64,000 bases of DNA, taken from positions 352,001 to 416,000 of the forward strand of contig CBDANF010000002.1 in assembly GCA_965197475.1 (NCBI GenBank). The letters are read 5' to 3'. This DNA is from Candidatus Poribacteria bacterium (GTDB taxonomy: Bacteria > Poribacteria > WGA-4E > WGA-3G). The translations under genes and the position numbers were made by a program. A model generated the notes under the pieces. It was given only the letters and a program-made list of their open reading frames with translations, did not search any database and was not told the origin of the DNA. Below, piece after piece: positions 39,237 to 49,683 of the stretch. The stretch's first letter is position 1. Every line of letters starts with the position of its first letter.

Positions 39237-40063
39237 ATGCCTGTTTTTAGTAAAGAAGACTTAGAATTTTGGGAAGAACACGGCTATGTCGTCGTCCCTG
39301 AAGCTGTGCCACTTGAAAACTGCCACGCTGCAGAACAAGCTGTGTGGGACTTCCTCGAAATGGACGGTGATAATCCAGATAGTTGGTATCCTCCCGATCC
39401 GCCACGACGCGGCATCATGGTAGAAATTTACCAACACCAAGCTTTATAGAATAACCGCCAATACCCACGCGTACATCAAGCTTTCTCAGAAATCTGGGGA
39501 AACGAGAAACTCTGGGTTAGTTTTGATCGCGCCAGTATGAACCCGCCGGAACGCGATGATTGGAAGTTTCCCGGTCCCTACCTGCATTGGGACATGTCGT
39601 TAGATAATATGCCAGTTACGTTAAAGGTGCAAGGTGTCCTATATCTGGCAGATACCCCCGGCAATCAGGGGGCATTTTCTTGTATCCCCGGTTTTCATCG
39701 GAAACTGGAGGCATGGTTAGAAAGCCTACCATCTGATTCTGACCCACGCCGCGTGGTACGCGAATATCAGGAAGAGGCAGTGCCTATAGCTGGAAACGCA
39801 GGAGACCTCGTTATCTGGCACAGCGCGTTGTCGCACGGCAGTAGCCCAAATTCTGCTGAACGTCCTCGGATGGCACAATATATCACGATGAATCCTGCGC
39901 CAAATGATGGCAAAGATACAAACGAACACCGTGTTACAGGGTGGCGAGAACGTCTAACAGGACTCGGAAAAAATCAGAAAGAGAAAGAACATAACCATGG
40001 TAAAACTGCTGAGTTGACACCTTTAGGCAAAAACTTCTCGGTCTTGATCCGTGGGTTGCATAA
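39237..40063 (+). pseudogene. PhyH-family dioxygenase with in-frame TAG (39447-39449) and a frameshift at A5 40029-40033
   Basis: Reads ...HQAL*NNRQYPRVHQAF...SMNPP...LHWD...PGFH...WHSALSHG; one extra A gives the C-terminus LGKKLLGLDPWVA*. Confidence 0.82.
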
Positions 40064-40301
40064 TCATTTCGGTATCTTATGGACGGGCTGTTGTGTCCAC
40101 CTATTTTTTGTTGTAATGGTTATCTCCGGCTAAAGATAATTGTCTCTGTCAATGTTTAGTTTTCATTGTATGTAGCCCCATCGGGCGAATGTTTATAGAA
40201 CGTGTTCTTTCCAGTTTTATAGCTCCAGCGAGGTGACAGGTGTATAGTTTTTAGTTCATATCCTCTTCTTATCACTACTGCAACAGTGAGGTAGAAATAA
40301 T

Positions 40302-41591
40302 ATGGAAGACCTATTAGCAGCACGCGCTCAGATGGCGATGTCCCTTGCATTTCACATCATCTTTGCTTCCATCGGTATAGCGATGCCGCTACTTATGGTG
40401 ATTGCCGAAGGGATGTGGTTGAAAACGAGGGACGAAACCTATCTCACACTGGCAAAACGATGGTCAAAAGGCACCGCCATCATGTTTGCTGTAGGGGCAG
40501 TTTCAGGGACTGTCTTATCCTTTGAACTCGGTTTATTATGGCCGAGTTTCATGGCTTACGCCGGTCCTATTATCGGGATGCCGTTTTCATTAGAAGGATT
40601 AGCGTTCTTTGTAGAAGCGATCTTTCTGGGCATATATTTATACGGATGGGAACGCGTTCCAAAGACTATCCACTGGTTCGCTGGTGTGATGGTACTACTT
40701 GGCGGCACCTTGTCCGGCATCTTTGTTGTTACTGCCAACGCTTGGATGAACACCCCCGTGGGTTTTTCGATCATTGATGGAAAAGCTATCAACATTGACC
40801 CTATCGCCGCGATGCTAAACCCCTCCTCATTCAGCCAAGCACTTCACATGACTTTAGCCGCCTTCCTCGCAGTGGGGTTTGCAGTTGCTGGTATACACGC
40901 CCATTTTCTAAGACGCGACCCAGATAACGCATTTCATAGAAAAGCATTTGCGATAGCACTAAGTGTAGGTGCTGTAATAGCCCTTCTTCAACCGATTTCA
41001 GGCGACATCAGCGCAAAACGCCTTGCCAAACATCAACCCATCAAACTCGCAGCAATGGAAGGGCAGTGGGAAACAGAACGCGGTGCCCCTTTACGGATAG
41101 GCGGTATTCCAGACGAAAAAGCGGAAGTAACCCGATTCGCCATAGAAATTCCGAAAGCACTGAGTTTCCTTGCACACTTCGACTTCAACGCCGAAATTAA
41201 AGGACTCAAAGAGGTTCCCCCCGAAAATCGTCCACCGGTTGCAGTTGTACATTTTGCTTTTCAGATTATGGTCGCGTGTGGAATGGTGATGATTGTGGCG
41301 GGTATCCTCGGCGGATGCTTGGCATGGAGACGAAAAGGTTTACCTGTCAATAGTTGGTACCTCAAGTTCATCACATTTTGTACACCACTTGGGTTTATTG
41401 CCATAGAAGCTGGATGGACGGTCACAGAAGTTGGACGGCAACCTTGGATTATCTATAACATCATGCGGACAGCAGAGGCAGTAACGCCTATGCCACACCT
41501 CATCGTGCCGTTCATCGGATTTACGCTACTTTATATCTTTCTCTCAATTATTGTTGTTATCTTGTTGCGTCGTCAAATCTTCCAAATTTGA
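40302..41591 (+). CDS. cydA: Cytochrome bd ubiquinol oxidase subunit I
   Basis: ARAQMAMSLAFHIIF, KLAAMEG, EVGRQPW. Confidence 0.96.
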   Translation: MEDLLAARAQMAMSLAFHIIFASIGIAMPLLMVIAEGMWLKTRDETYLTLAKRWSKGTAIMFAVGAVSGTVLSFELGLLWPSFMAYAGPIIGMPFSLEGLAFFVEAIFLGIYLYGWERVPKTIHWFAGVMVLLGGTLSGIFVVTANAWMNTPVGFSIIDGKAINIDPIAAMLNPSSFSQALHMTLAAFLAVGFAVAGIHAHFLRRDPDNAFHRKAFAIALSVGAVIALLQPISGDISAKRLAKHQPIKLAAMEGQWETERGAPLRIGGIPDEKAEVTRFAIEIPKALSFLAHFDFNAEIKGLKEVPPENRPPVAVVHFAFQIMVACGMVMIVAGILGGCLAWRRKGLPVNSWYLKFITFCTPLGFIAIEAGWTVTEVGRQPWIIYNIMRTAEAVTPMPHLIVPFIGFTLLYIFLSIIVVILLRRQIFQI

Positions 41592-41650
41592 TATATTGAT
41601 ACGCGGTTTTATCTTCTCTTTACATTACCTGAGCGTTAGCGGAGGGAACG

Positions 41651-42664
41651 ATGTTCGGTCATGAAATCTGGATTGCTGGCGTGATGTTGGTCTCGCTGAT
41701 TATCTATATGCTAACAGGCGGCGCAGATTTCGGCGGTGGCATCTGGGACCTGTTTGCGACAGGTCCACGCGCGAAAGATCAGCGCGAACTTATTAAAAAT
41801 GCGCTCGCGCCAATCTGGGAAGCAAACCACGTCTGGTTAATCGTCATTGTCGTGCTGCTGTTTGTGGCGTTTCCTGTAGCATTCGCGACAATCGGCATCG
41901 CTTTGCACATTCCACTCACCTTAATGCTAATCGGCATTGTGCTTCGCGGCACAGCATTTGTTTTTCGCACCTACGACGATCAATCGGATACAACACATCT
42001 CCGATGGAGTCGTCTGTTCGCTGTAGCGAGCGTGATCACACCGATTATGTTAGGTATCACCTTAGGGGCGGTCGCATCAGGCACAATTCAGGTAGATGTG
42101 GAAACCGGAAAGGTAGAAACAGACTTTTTCTCATCGTGGCTGGCACTATTTCCTTTTACAATCGGCTTTTTCACCTTAACCCTCTGTGCGTTGCTCGCTG
42201 CAGTTTATCTCACACTCGAAACTGACAATTCGGAATTGCAGGAGGATTTTCGAGTACGTGCACTTATCGCAGCAGTCGGTGTAGGTGTAATGGCTGGCAT
42301 GAGTTTTCTTTTGGCTGCGGAAGGAGCACCTTCAATACGAAAGGGATTAGGCAATAGCGTCTGGTCAATCCCGTTTCATATCTTGACAGGTGCCGTTGCG
42401 ATCTGGGCAATTTGGGCAATTTGGAAGCGGCACTTTCAACTTGCGCGCATCCTTGTTGTGGTACAGGTCGTGTTGATTATTTTCGGTTGGGGGTTAGCGC
42501 AGTTTCCTTATCTTGTCTCACCCAACCTCACCTTTTCAAACACCGCTGCACCGGATTCTGTACTTCGCCCCGTGCTGATTGTGGTTGTCATAGGTGGTAT
42601 TATGGTAGTGCCTGCATTCTGGTATCTTTACACTATGTTTAAAGGAAGATCCAAAGCAAGTTAA
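41651..42664 (+). CDS. cydB: Cytochrome bd ubiquinol oxidase subunit II
   Basis: GADFGGG, PIWEANHVWL, LRGTAFVFR. Confidence 0.95.
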   Translation: MFGHEIWIAGVMLVSLIIYMLTGGADFGGGIWDLFATGPRAKDQRELIKNALAPIWEANHVWLIVIVVLLFVAFPVAFATIGIALHIPLTLMLIGIVLRGTAFVFRTYDDQSDTTHLRWSRLFAVASVITPIMLGITLGAVASGTIQVDVETGKVETDFFSSWLALFPFTIGFFTLTLCALLAAVYLTLETDNSELQEDFRVRALIAAVGVGVMAGMSFLLAAEGAPSIRKGLGNSVWSIPFHILTGAVAIWAIWAIWKRHFQLARILVVVQVVLIIFGWGLAQFPYLVSPNLTFSNTAAPDSVLRPVLIVVVIGGIMVVPAFWYLYTMFKGRSKAS

Positions 42665-42665
42665 C

Positions 42666-43153
42666 TTACCAACTTTCTATCTGCAGAGATTTAACTTCAT
42701 CAAAATACGAGTCGCGCGTGACGAGGATTAATCCGTGCTGCATAGCAATTGCTGCAATCCAGATATCGTTGTCCAGGATAGGGCGACCTTTCCACCGCAA
42801 TTGGTCTTTGATGGTTCCATACCATTGCGCAGTTCCTAAATCACAAGCAAAAACAACACTTTGTTGCACTAATACCAAATTAATGGGATTAGTCTTATTT
42901 TTCTGGGCAGACTGCGCGCTTACAAAGCGCGCCTACCGAGTGGGATCAAGTTAATTTGGTATAATATGTCAATTTTACGCAGGTTTTCCGTAACTTTATT
43001 AGATTTCTCTGCCCCAAAGCAGAGCTCATTAATTATGGGTGGAGCCACAACAATGTCTTCAACATTACTCACTTTCTCTTGGACCATCGGATCACCAGCA
43101 AACAATGCAATGGCAATGTTGGTATCAAGCAGATATTTACCATTCAGATTCAT
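42666..43153 (-). pseudogene. vapC: VapC PIN-domain toxin interrupted by an 89-bp MITE
   Basis: YLLDTN...EL..GA in the 5' half; NDIWIAA...LVTRD in the 3' half; excision restores RKIDIL-VQQSVVF. Confidence 0.9.
42873..42961. mobile_element. MITE family D, copy inside vapC
   Basis: Inverted repeats taccaaattaa/ttaatttggta; TAA duplication at 42870-42872 and 42962-42964; internal REP gcgcgcttacaaagcgcgcctac. Confidence 0.9.
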
Positions 43154-43367
43154 CAACCTGCTCACACCCTTCTTCAATCGTTTGCTTCATTATTTCTAAA
43201 TCTTCCTTTGAAATTGTGCCTACAAATTGAAGCAAATTTTTGCCGGGGTATTGCTTTGGTGGTTCACCTGACAACTCTAATATGAAATCCAAAACTTGCC
43301 TCTGTTGCTCAAGTGGAAGGGTTTTGAGTCGTTTTTCAATTTCTTGGATAGTCGTCAAATTCTCCAT
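43137..43367 (-). CDS. Putative VapB-type antitoxin (DUF2281-like)
   Basis: LPLEQQRQVLDFI, acidic C-terminus; overlaps the vapC start. Confidence 0.8.
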   Translation of the reverse strand: MENLTTIQEIEKRLKTLPLEQQRQVLDFILELSGEPPKQYPGKNLLQFVGTISKEDLEIMKQTIEEGCEQVDESEW

Positions 43368-43464
43368 TGTGTCGTCTCCTTTTCAGTTCAATAGTGATAG
43401 AGGATTCTATAATACCAATAGAGGCAGTTTATCACAAGTTGGATCAAGAAATCAACGCTTTATT

Positions 43465-44916
43465 CTAACCCCAATCGAACTTTAAATAATCAGCAATTTC
43501 GAGTTTTTCCTTCGCCGCCCATCTTTCTAAAAGAAATTTATCTGCAGGCGTTGGTAGCCGGTTTCGCTTACCCCGAACTTGACGGATGAGGTTTTCGGGT
43601 CGTGAAATCTCAACTGTCAAAACCTTGTGTCTTCCGTTTTCATCATCAGACTCCACCGTCCAAATTGATTTTTTTCCAGAATAGCATGACCTCGCATAAC
43701 TGCTAACACAGTGTTTCATTGCTCTACCTTCTTCAATGAGTTCATCTGTACTAAGAAGTTCCCGAATATACCAGAATTTCAAGTTACGTTTCTTCTTACT
43801 CCCCTCTCGGAAACGAAATCCTCCAATATCTGATCGAGCCCACTGGAATTTCCCGCCTCTCGTTTCCCTACCGAGTTGTCGATGCCATCCGTTAACTTGG
43901 CGGAGCAATGTTTCAGGTGTTCTACCTCTCATGCTGAAGTTAGGTTGAGGTGGATCAATTTCCTCCACAACCCCTCTGGCAACAAACACCCGTTGATTTT
44001 CGAATCTCTGATTCCAGATGTAATCAATGATCGGATGCACATGACTAACGTCTAACATCGGATTCGCTATGAAGAAGCGGATCACATTCAGCCAAAAATC
44101 ATCATTTCTGAAATTGCTGATGAGCCTTGTACCACGGAGCGCGTCCACTAAACGTTTATCCCCGCCAAAGGCGTGTACTTGTCCCCAACGGAGTGCTTCC
44201 TCAACACTATACTGTTTAGGTGCGCTAAGGAAATGATGTGCCATCTTTTTTGTAAGCGATACAGGTATATCGGGAGCGGTTCGGATATTTTGACCAGTAC
44301 CGATATGTATATACCAATTTTGGTGCGTTTTGTTTTCAGATAACCAAACACGATCCATGAAGAGAGGGACATCATAAGCCACGAATAAGTGGCGAAGAAG
44401 TTCGGCAAACTGACGCTCGCGGTTATGTCTTTTGACATGCCACGCCTCAATAGGGCGAATCCAACTTTCATAATGGTTTGCAATTGCCTCAATGCCCTTA
44501 ATATAGGAGAGATCTTCTAACAGTTCAGAGTTTTCTTCAAGGTACAACAGAAGTTTCAGAAGGACATCCCGTGAATTGCTTCTGTTAAAAGCAAGCGCAA
44601 TCTCCTTAACGGTTCTATTTCTTAGTTTTTCGCTCTGCAGTTTCTCGTCATAAATTTGTGGGATAATTTCCTTCAAGTTGCGAGATTTTTTATCATTCGC
44701 CATTATTTCGCATGTTTTAATCGTGGTTGCAACATTTAACTCATTTCGGAGCTGCCGTGAATTTTTGTCTAATCCCCGACTGAAATTATGTTGACTACAC
44801 CAACCTTTGTAATCCTCAACAGTAGATAAACCCAATTGATGAATATGCGCCTGCATTGTGAGTGTACATTCCTCTATAGGTGTTTTTGTTTGCATCGCTT
44901 TTCTCTTTTTAGCCAT
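43465..44916 (-). CDS. PcfJ-like domain protein
   Basis: C-terminal ELIEEGRAMKHCVSSY...TVEI...QVRGKRN. Confidence 0.8.
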   Translation of the reverse strand: MAKKRKAMQTKTPIEECTLTMQAHIHQLGLSTVEDYKGWCSQHNFSRGLDKNSRQLRNELNVATTIKTCEIMANDKKSRNLKEIIPQIYDEKLQSEKLRNRTVKEIALAFNRSNSRDVLLKLLLYLEENSELLEDLSYIKGIEAIANHYESWIRPIEAWHVKRHNRERQFAELLRHLFVAYDVPLFMDRVWLSENKTHQNWYIHIGTGQNIRTAPDIPVSLTKKMAHHFLSAPKQYSVEEALRWGQVHAFGGDKRLVDALRGTRLISNFRNDDFWLNVIRFFIANPMLDVSHVHPIIDYIWNQRFENQRVFVARGVVEEIDPPQPNFSMRGRTPETLLRQVNGWHRQLGRETRGGKFQWARSDIGGFRFREGSKKKRNLKFWYIRELLSTDELIEEGRAMKHCVSSYARSCYSGKKSIWTVESDDENGRHKVLTVEISRPENLIRQVRGKRNRLPTPADKFLLERWAAKEKLEIADYLKFDWG

Positions 44917-45045
44917 CTGTTTCCTCCGACCATACTAATTTTGGATGCACATTTACCAGCTAAATATATGAAGGATGTGAGTTAACGTGAGTACGACTAA
45001 TAGTAAGCCATAATTATTGGAGGGGTTGATTCTTCGTGGGTTTTG

Positions 45046-45140
45046 TAGTGCAAACTGTCAGTTTGCACAGATACGGTAGCACAAACTAACTGTTTGTGCT
45101 ACAACACAAGACGGTAGTGCGGTTTGAGACCACGCCTATC
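45046..45140. repeat. Three GTAG-type REP hairpins in tandem
   Basis: gtagtgcaaactgtcagtttgcac; gtagcacaaactaactgtttgtgctac; gtagtgcggtttgagaccacgc. Confidence 0.7.
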
Positions 45141-45194
45141 AATGGATGTTCACATATTTTTAGAATTTTACTATAAAAAGAGCGGGATAATCAA

Positions 45195-46511
45195 TTATTT
45201 TTTAACAGCACCGAAAGTAACTCCCCGCAACAAGTGACTTCGCATCAAAAAAGTGAAAATTGCGACAGGCAGAAGGAAAATAAAAGTAGACGCAGCGATT
45301 TTGCCCCAGTCCATGCCTGCTGAACCTGTGGCACTTGTAATAGAACGTGGAGCAGTTACGGCTTTTCCGCCGGTTTCAGTTAGAACAAGTGCAAATGCAA
45401 ATTCGTTCCATGCTGTAATCAAACAGAAGACTGCTGTTGCTGCGATTCCTGTCACAGATTGTGGTAAAACAACTTTCAAGAAGGTTTGAAAACGGGTATA
45501 GCCATCAACGAGTGCGGCATCCTCGTATTCTCTTGGAATTTCGTCAATAAACCCTTTCATAAGCCACACAGCAAACGAGATATTAAAAGTGGTATACAAC
45601 AGAATCAGTCCGAAGTGCGTGTCTCGTAGTCCAATTGAGCGATACATCAGATAGATTGGAATTACTACGACGACCGGCGGAAGCATGCGGGTACTCAAAA
45701 TAAAAAAGAGGAGGTCGTCTTTGCCAGCGATATTGAACCGAGAAAAAGCATAAGCGGAAATAGTGCCTAAACCGACAGCAAGAACTGTGCTACCCCCACC
45801 GATGATAATACTATTGAGCAGCTGATAGAAATACTTTGATCCTCCGTTTGCCAAAGCAATGCAGACACCGATTGTTGCAAAAATCACAGGAATTATAAAT
45901 GCCAGTTTTTCCTTTTGGTTGGGGACTGCGTCTCCATTGGAATTAATAAATACTGAGTAGACATTTTTCTTCCAAGGGATTACCAAAAGATAAGCAGCAA
46001 CCGAACAGATAATTAACGAGAAAAAATGGAACCGTACGTCCGCTTGTAACCGAGGCTGCGGCTGCGTGCTGAAAAAACTATAAAGACACGTTAAAACAAA
46101 GAGGATGTTCCAGCCAATCCCGATATTACGAACAGACAGACCGCGTGGAAGATGCACCTTCACAAAAGAAAAAAATGTAAAGAGGATCAATCCTAATAGT
46201 GCTTCCCCTATAAAGAGATATGTCACTATTGATAAATTCCCTTCTGGCATCAACTTTTGGTAGTTTTCAAACGAAATACCAAAGAGAAACTTAGGAACTA
46301 GGGTATTGATATCTACTGGAGATTTCAGAGATGTCACTACGATCCAGAATATCGGAAGTATATATGTGGCAACAGCGAAGGCGATTAACATGAATAACAA
46401 TACGGTGAGGAAGACTCTAAACCACTTCCTCATAAAGGTGAGGAAGACTCTAAACCACTTCCTTATAATGTTCTGCGGTCCAAACCACTTTTTTATTGAA
46501 TAGGTTGCCAT
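45195..46511 (-). CDS. Carbohydrate ABC permease (MalG-like) with extra TM insert
   Basis: IPREYEDAALVDG (EAA loop), AWNEF, LRGVTFGAVK. Confidence 0.9.
   Translation of the reverse strand: MATYSIKKWFGPQNIIRKWFRVFLTFMRKWFRVFLTVLLFMLIAFAVATYILPIFWIVVTSLKSPVDINTLVPKFLFGISFENYQKLMPEGNLSIVTYLFIGEALLGLILFTFFSFVKVHLPRGLSVRNIGIGWNILFVLTCLYSFFSTQPQPRLQADVRFHFFSLIICSVAAYLLVIPWKKNVYSVFINSNGDAVPNQKEKLAFIIPVIFATIGVCIALANGGSKYFYQLLNSIIIGGGSTVLAVGLGTISAYAFSRFNIAGKDDLLFFILSTRMLPPVVVVIPIYLMYRSIGLRDTHFGLILLYTTFNISFAVWLMKGFIDEIPREYEDAALVDGYTRFQTFLKVVLPQSVTGIAATAVFCLITAWNEFAFALVLTETGGKAVTAPRSITSATGSAGMDWGKIAASTFIFLLPVAIFTFLMRSHLLRGVTFGAVKK
46404..46468. repeat. 33-bp in-frame tandem duplication (RKWFRVFLT x2)
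   Basis: ggtgaggaagactctaaaccacttcct repeated with a 33-bp period. Confidence 0.85.
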
Positions 46512-46517
46512 ATAGAT

Positions 46518-47441
46518 TTAAGTTTCTCCCTTCACGCGATTGAGATATTTAACATAAATGTTACTTAGTGCGACTATAATAATAAGCAGAATATATGCCA
46601 TTGCACACGCTTTGCCGGTGTTGTAATTCTCAAAAGCAAGTTTGTAGAGGTTCATTGAAACGGTTTCAGTAGCGGCCCCGGGTCCGCCACGGCGTGTAAG
46701 CACATAGACAATATCGAACATTTTGAAGGCATCCATAGTTCGGAACAAGAGAGCTATAAGGAGAAGTGGAGACACTATAGGTAGTGTAATCCAGCGAAAT
46801 TTGAACCATGCGGATGCTCTGTCAACATCCGCGGCTTCATAAAGATATTTGGGCACAGCACTCAATCCGGCTAACGCAATTAACATCATAAATGGTGACC
46901 ACATCCACGTATCAACAATGACGACAGCTAACATTGCTATCTTCGGATTGGTAGTCCATTCAATGTCAGGTGAATTGATAAAAGGTAATTTAAGGAGTGG
47001 ACTCAAAATAAAGTTAAGCAAACCTGAGTTATCTGAAGCGAGAATAAAACGCCAAAATAGACCGACTACCACGGGTGATAACATCATCGGGAGAAGAAGT
47101 AGGGTTGTCACCAAACCTTTTGCAGGAAATTTGCGGTTTAATAAGATTGCCAACCCAAATCCGATAAAGAATTGTGCGGTTACAGCTAAGATAACAAAAT
47201 ATGCAGTCGTACGAAAATAACCCCATATCTCAGGATCGGTGAAAAGTTGCGAATAGTTACGTAGACCGATATATTTTGGAGGTGCAGTTGGTATGGAAGC
47301 TTTGTAGCGGTGAAAACTCAGGTATAGCGACCATAAAAGCGGGAAGATGTTCATCAAGATGAGCAAAATCATCGTTGGCATGATAAATGCCATCTTCAGT
47401 TGGTAGTCGCTCATCCCACGCGAGAAACGGTTGATCTGCAT
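46518..47441 (-). CDS. Carbohydrate ABC permease (MalF-like)
   Basis: YEAADVDRAS, DAFKMFD, GGPG. Confidence 0.92.
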   Translation of the reverse strand: MQINRFSRGMSDYQLKMAFIMPTMILLILMNIFPLLWSLYLSFHRYKASIPTAPPKYIGLRNYSQLFTDPEIWGYFRTTAYFVILAVTAQFFIGFGLAILLNRKFPAKGLVTTLLLLPMMLSPVVVGLFWRFILASDNSGLLNFILSPLLKLPFINSPDIEWTTNPKIAMLAVVIVDTWMWSPFMMLIALAGLSAVPKYLYEAADVDRASAWFKFRWITLPIVSPLLLIALLFRTMDAFKMFDIVYVLTRRGGPGAATETVSMNLYKLAFENYNTGKACAMAYILLIIIVALSNIYVKYLNRVKGET

Positions 47442-47562
47442 ATTTTATAGTTCGTGCTTATAGCAATTAACGGGATTTATCCTATTTTCCGAACGGTAGG
47501 GGGTTTCCAACCGCACCGAAAAGACTAAAATTCAGAAGGTTGGGTTGAGCAACGCAAACCCA

Positions 47563-47863
47563 TAGGTGTCAATTTAAGGAATTGAATCCGTTTTTAGCGG
47601 TGGTGTAGCCTCGTAGAGGCGGAATGTTTATAGCAAACAGCGTCAACCCTTCTTGAGCTCCGTAGGAGCGGTATGTGTATGCAGATCGCGTCTCTATAAA
47701 CATATCGTTTCTACGGAACTTGGTCAACATTTATTCTATAAACATATCGTCCCTACCAAATCAACGCCAAATGCGCGTATGGCATTTGGCAGGACTAAAT
47801 ATGGGAAGCCTCAATCTGAACAGTGTTCAAAAAATTATAGAAATTTCCTTAAATTGACACCTA
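47563..47863. mobile_element. MITE family E (301 bp) inserted in a REP hairpin
   Basis: 19-bp inverted repeat taggtgtcaatttaaggaa; 22-bp direct repeat tgggttgagcaacgcaaaccca at 47541-47562 and 47864-47885. Confidence 0.85.
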
Positions 47864-47920
47864 TGGGTTGAGCAACGCAAACCCAACCTACATTGATCCC
47901 TATTTCGAACTCACACAAAC

Positions 47921-49294
47921 TTATTTTTCGTCTGCCTCTTCCATCATTGCCTTCTCAAAGATTTCCTCATGTTTTTGCGCTATTGTGTCAAGAGCTTCCT
48001 TAGAAGATATTTGTCCAGAGATAGCCGCACTCCAATTAGTCTGACATTCCGTTAGCAATTCGGCGTATTGTGGGACTGCCCAGAAATCTCGGAGGTAAGG
48101 AAAACTTGCAGCAAAAGCTTCATTATATGGAGTGGCTGTTTTGAAGGTATCCGATTCCAAAATTTCTTTCACCGGTGTGAACCCTCCCAATTTCGCCCAC
48201 TTTTCTTGTACAGGTTTCTTCATAAACCACTTCAGATATTGCTTAGCGGTATCTTGATTTTTGGAATAAGAAGAAATCGACATTCCCTGTCCACCTATAC
48301 TGATATAATGTCCTTTTGGTCCAGCCGGTGCAACAAAAAACCCGCTCTTGTCATAAAATTTCGGGTTTTCTTTAGGATCAACAATACCGGGGAAAAAGGC
48401 GAAATAGTTCATTGCCATAGCCACTTTTCCAGCTTTATAGGCATCTGAGGTCTCTTGCCAATAGTAGTTTGGTGCATCAGGAGGAGCAAATTTGAGCAAA
48501 TTAGTGTAAAATTCAAGTGCTTTCACAGCATCTTCGTTATTGATATATCCATCAACTTTGTAACTATCAGGATCGCCATAAGAACCTCCAAAACTCCACA
48601 TGACCTGTTGGAACCCCATTGTGATTCCATCGTATGAATTGCTATACCAAGTTGCGATGCCGTAGAGTCCTTCCTCTTTGCGAGTAAAAAATTCGGCTAT
48701 ATCGCGAAGTTCTTTATAGGTTTTCGGTGGTGCCAGCGCATAATCGTACTTCTCTTGGAATGCAGACATTTCCTTAGGATCTTCAAATAGATCTTTCCTA
48801 TATACATACCCTGCTGCATCCACTTCAGCGGGCAATGCCCAATACTTCTTACTCTTTTTCGGGTACTCTGCAAAGGCGGTCATAGCGGGGGGATAGATAG
48901 AATCAACGTCTATATTTTCATTAATCCAATCGGTCATATCAATGTAGTGTCCGCCGACGGAGTTCATACCAAGCCATTGACTATCACCTATTACAATGTC
49001 ATAGCGAGAACTACCTCCGACAAAAGCTAAGGTAATTTCATTCTGGAAACCTTCCCACGGAATTTGTACTACTTCGACGTTTATTCCTGTTTCACTTGTA
49101 AAATCCTTAGATAGTTCTTGTAAATATCCAGCTGGATTCCATTCTGCCCAAGCAATCGTTAACGTTTGTTTTGCGTCGTCTGCTTGAGAAATTTCAGCTT
49201 GATCTGGTGCGGGTTTTTCTGCGTCATCTTTTTGGTTGTTGCATCCGATTACAACAATCAATGCAAGGATAAATATAATACAAAAGCGTTTCAT
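47921..49294 (-). CDS. Sugar ABC substrate-binding lipoprotein
   Basis: Lipobox-like VIGC; YDIVIGDSQWLG, YVYRKDLF. Confidence 0.9.
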   Translation of the reverse strand: MKRFCIIFILALIVVIGCNNQKDDAEKPAPDQAEISQADDAKQTLTIAWAEWNPAGYLQELSKDFTSETGINVEVVQIPWEGFQNEITLAFVGGSSRYDIVIGDSQWLGMNSVGGHYIDMTDWINENIDVDSIYPPAMTAFAEYPKKSKKYWALPAEVDAAGYVYRKDLFEDPKEMSAFQEKYDYALAPPKTYKELRDIAEFFTRKEEGLYGIATWYSNSYDGITMGFQQVMWSFGGSYGDPDSYKVDGYINNEDAVKALEFYTNLLKFAPPDAPNYYWQETSDAYKAGKVAMAMNYFAFFPGIVDPKENPKFYDKSGFFVAPAGPKGHYISIGGQGMSISSYSKNQDTAKQYLKWFMKKPVQEKWAKLGGFTPVKEILESDTFKTATPYNEAFAASFPYLRDFWAVPQYAELLTECQTNWSAAISGQISSKEALDTIAQKHEEIFEKAMMEEADEK

Positions 49295-49434
49295 TCTATA
49301 ACTCCTTTTGATTCTGTAACTCTTTTTATTGGCCCTGGACACTCCCTTTGGAACGTTTAGGGCAGTCCAGCGGTTCCCATTTTATTAATGATTATAGCAA
49401 ACCGAAAACATTTTAGCAAGGAATTATATACGGT

Positions 49435-49585
49435 GGGTGTGTAAATATTTGTCAATGTCTGAATCTCGGACTTTTGGTAACTTGCTGCCCAATCAACACC
49501 GAATACTCGTTGATTGGGAAATCGGGGTTGAAAACCCCTCCCACAAGAGAATGAGAGTGCTTAATGCCAACAACTTTACACACCC
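49435..49585. mobile_element. MITE family C, copy 2
   Basis: gggtgtgtaaa...tttacacaccc; internal hairpin ggggttgaaaacccctcccac. Confidence 0.7.
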
Positions 49586-49683
49586 GTATTGATTATTTGG
49601 TTGCCAGAACTATTCAGTTTTATTAATTCAGTATCGGTTTAAATCGGGCTTACAAAATCCTCACTCAAGAACCGGATTAAAAA

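Noticed and set aside
39447-39449. TAG as pyrrolysine
   Set aside because: The context suggests Trp (TGG to TAG), the gene also has a frameshift, and no pyl genes are in view
47653-47871. Short ORFs inside the 301-bp element
   Set aside because: They are translations of REP/MITE sequence without RBS or domain features
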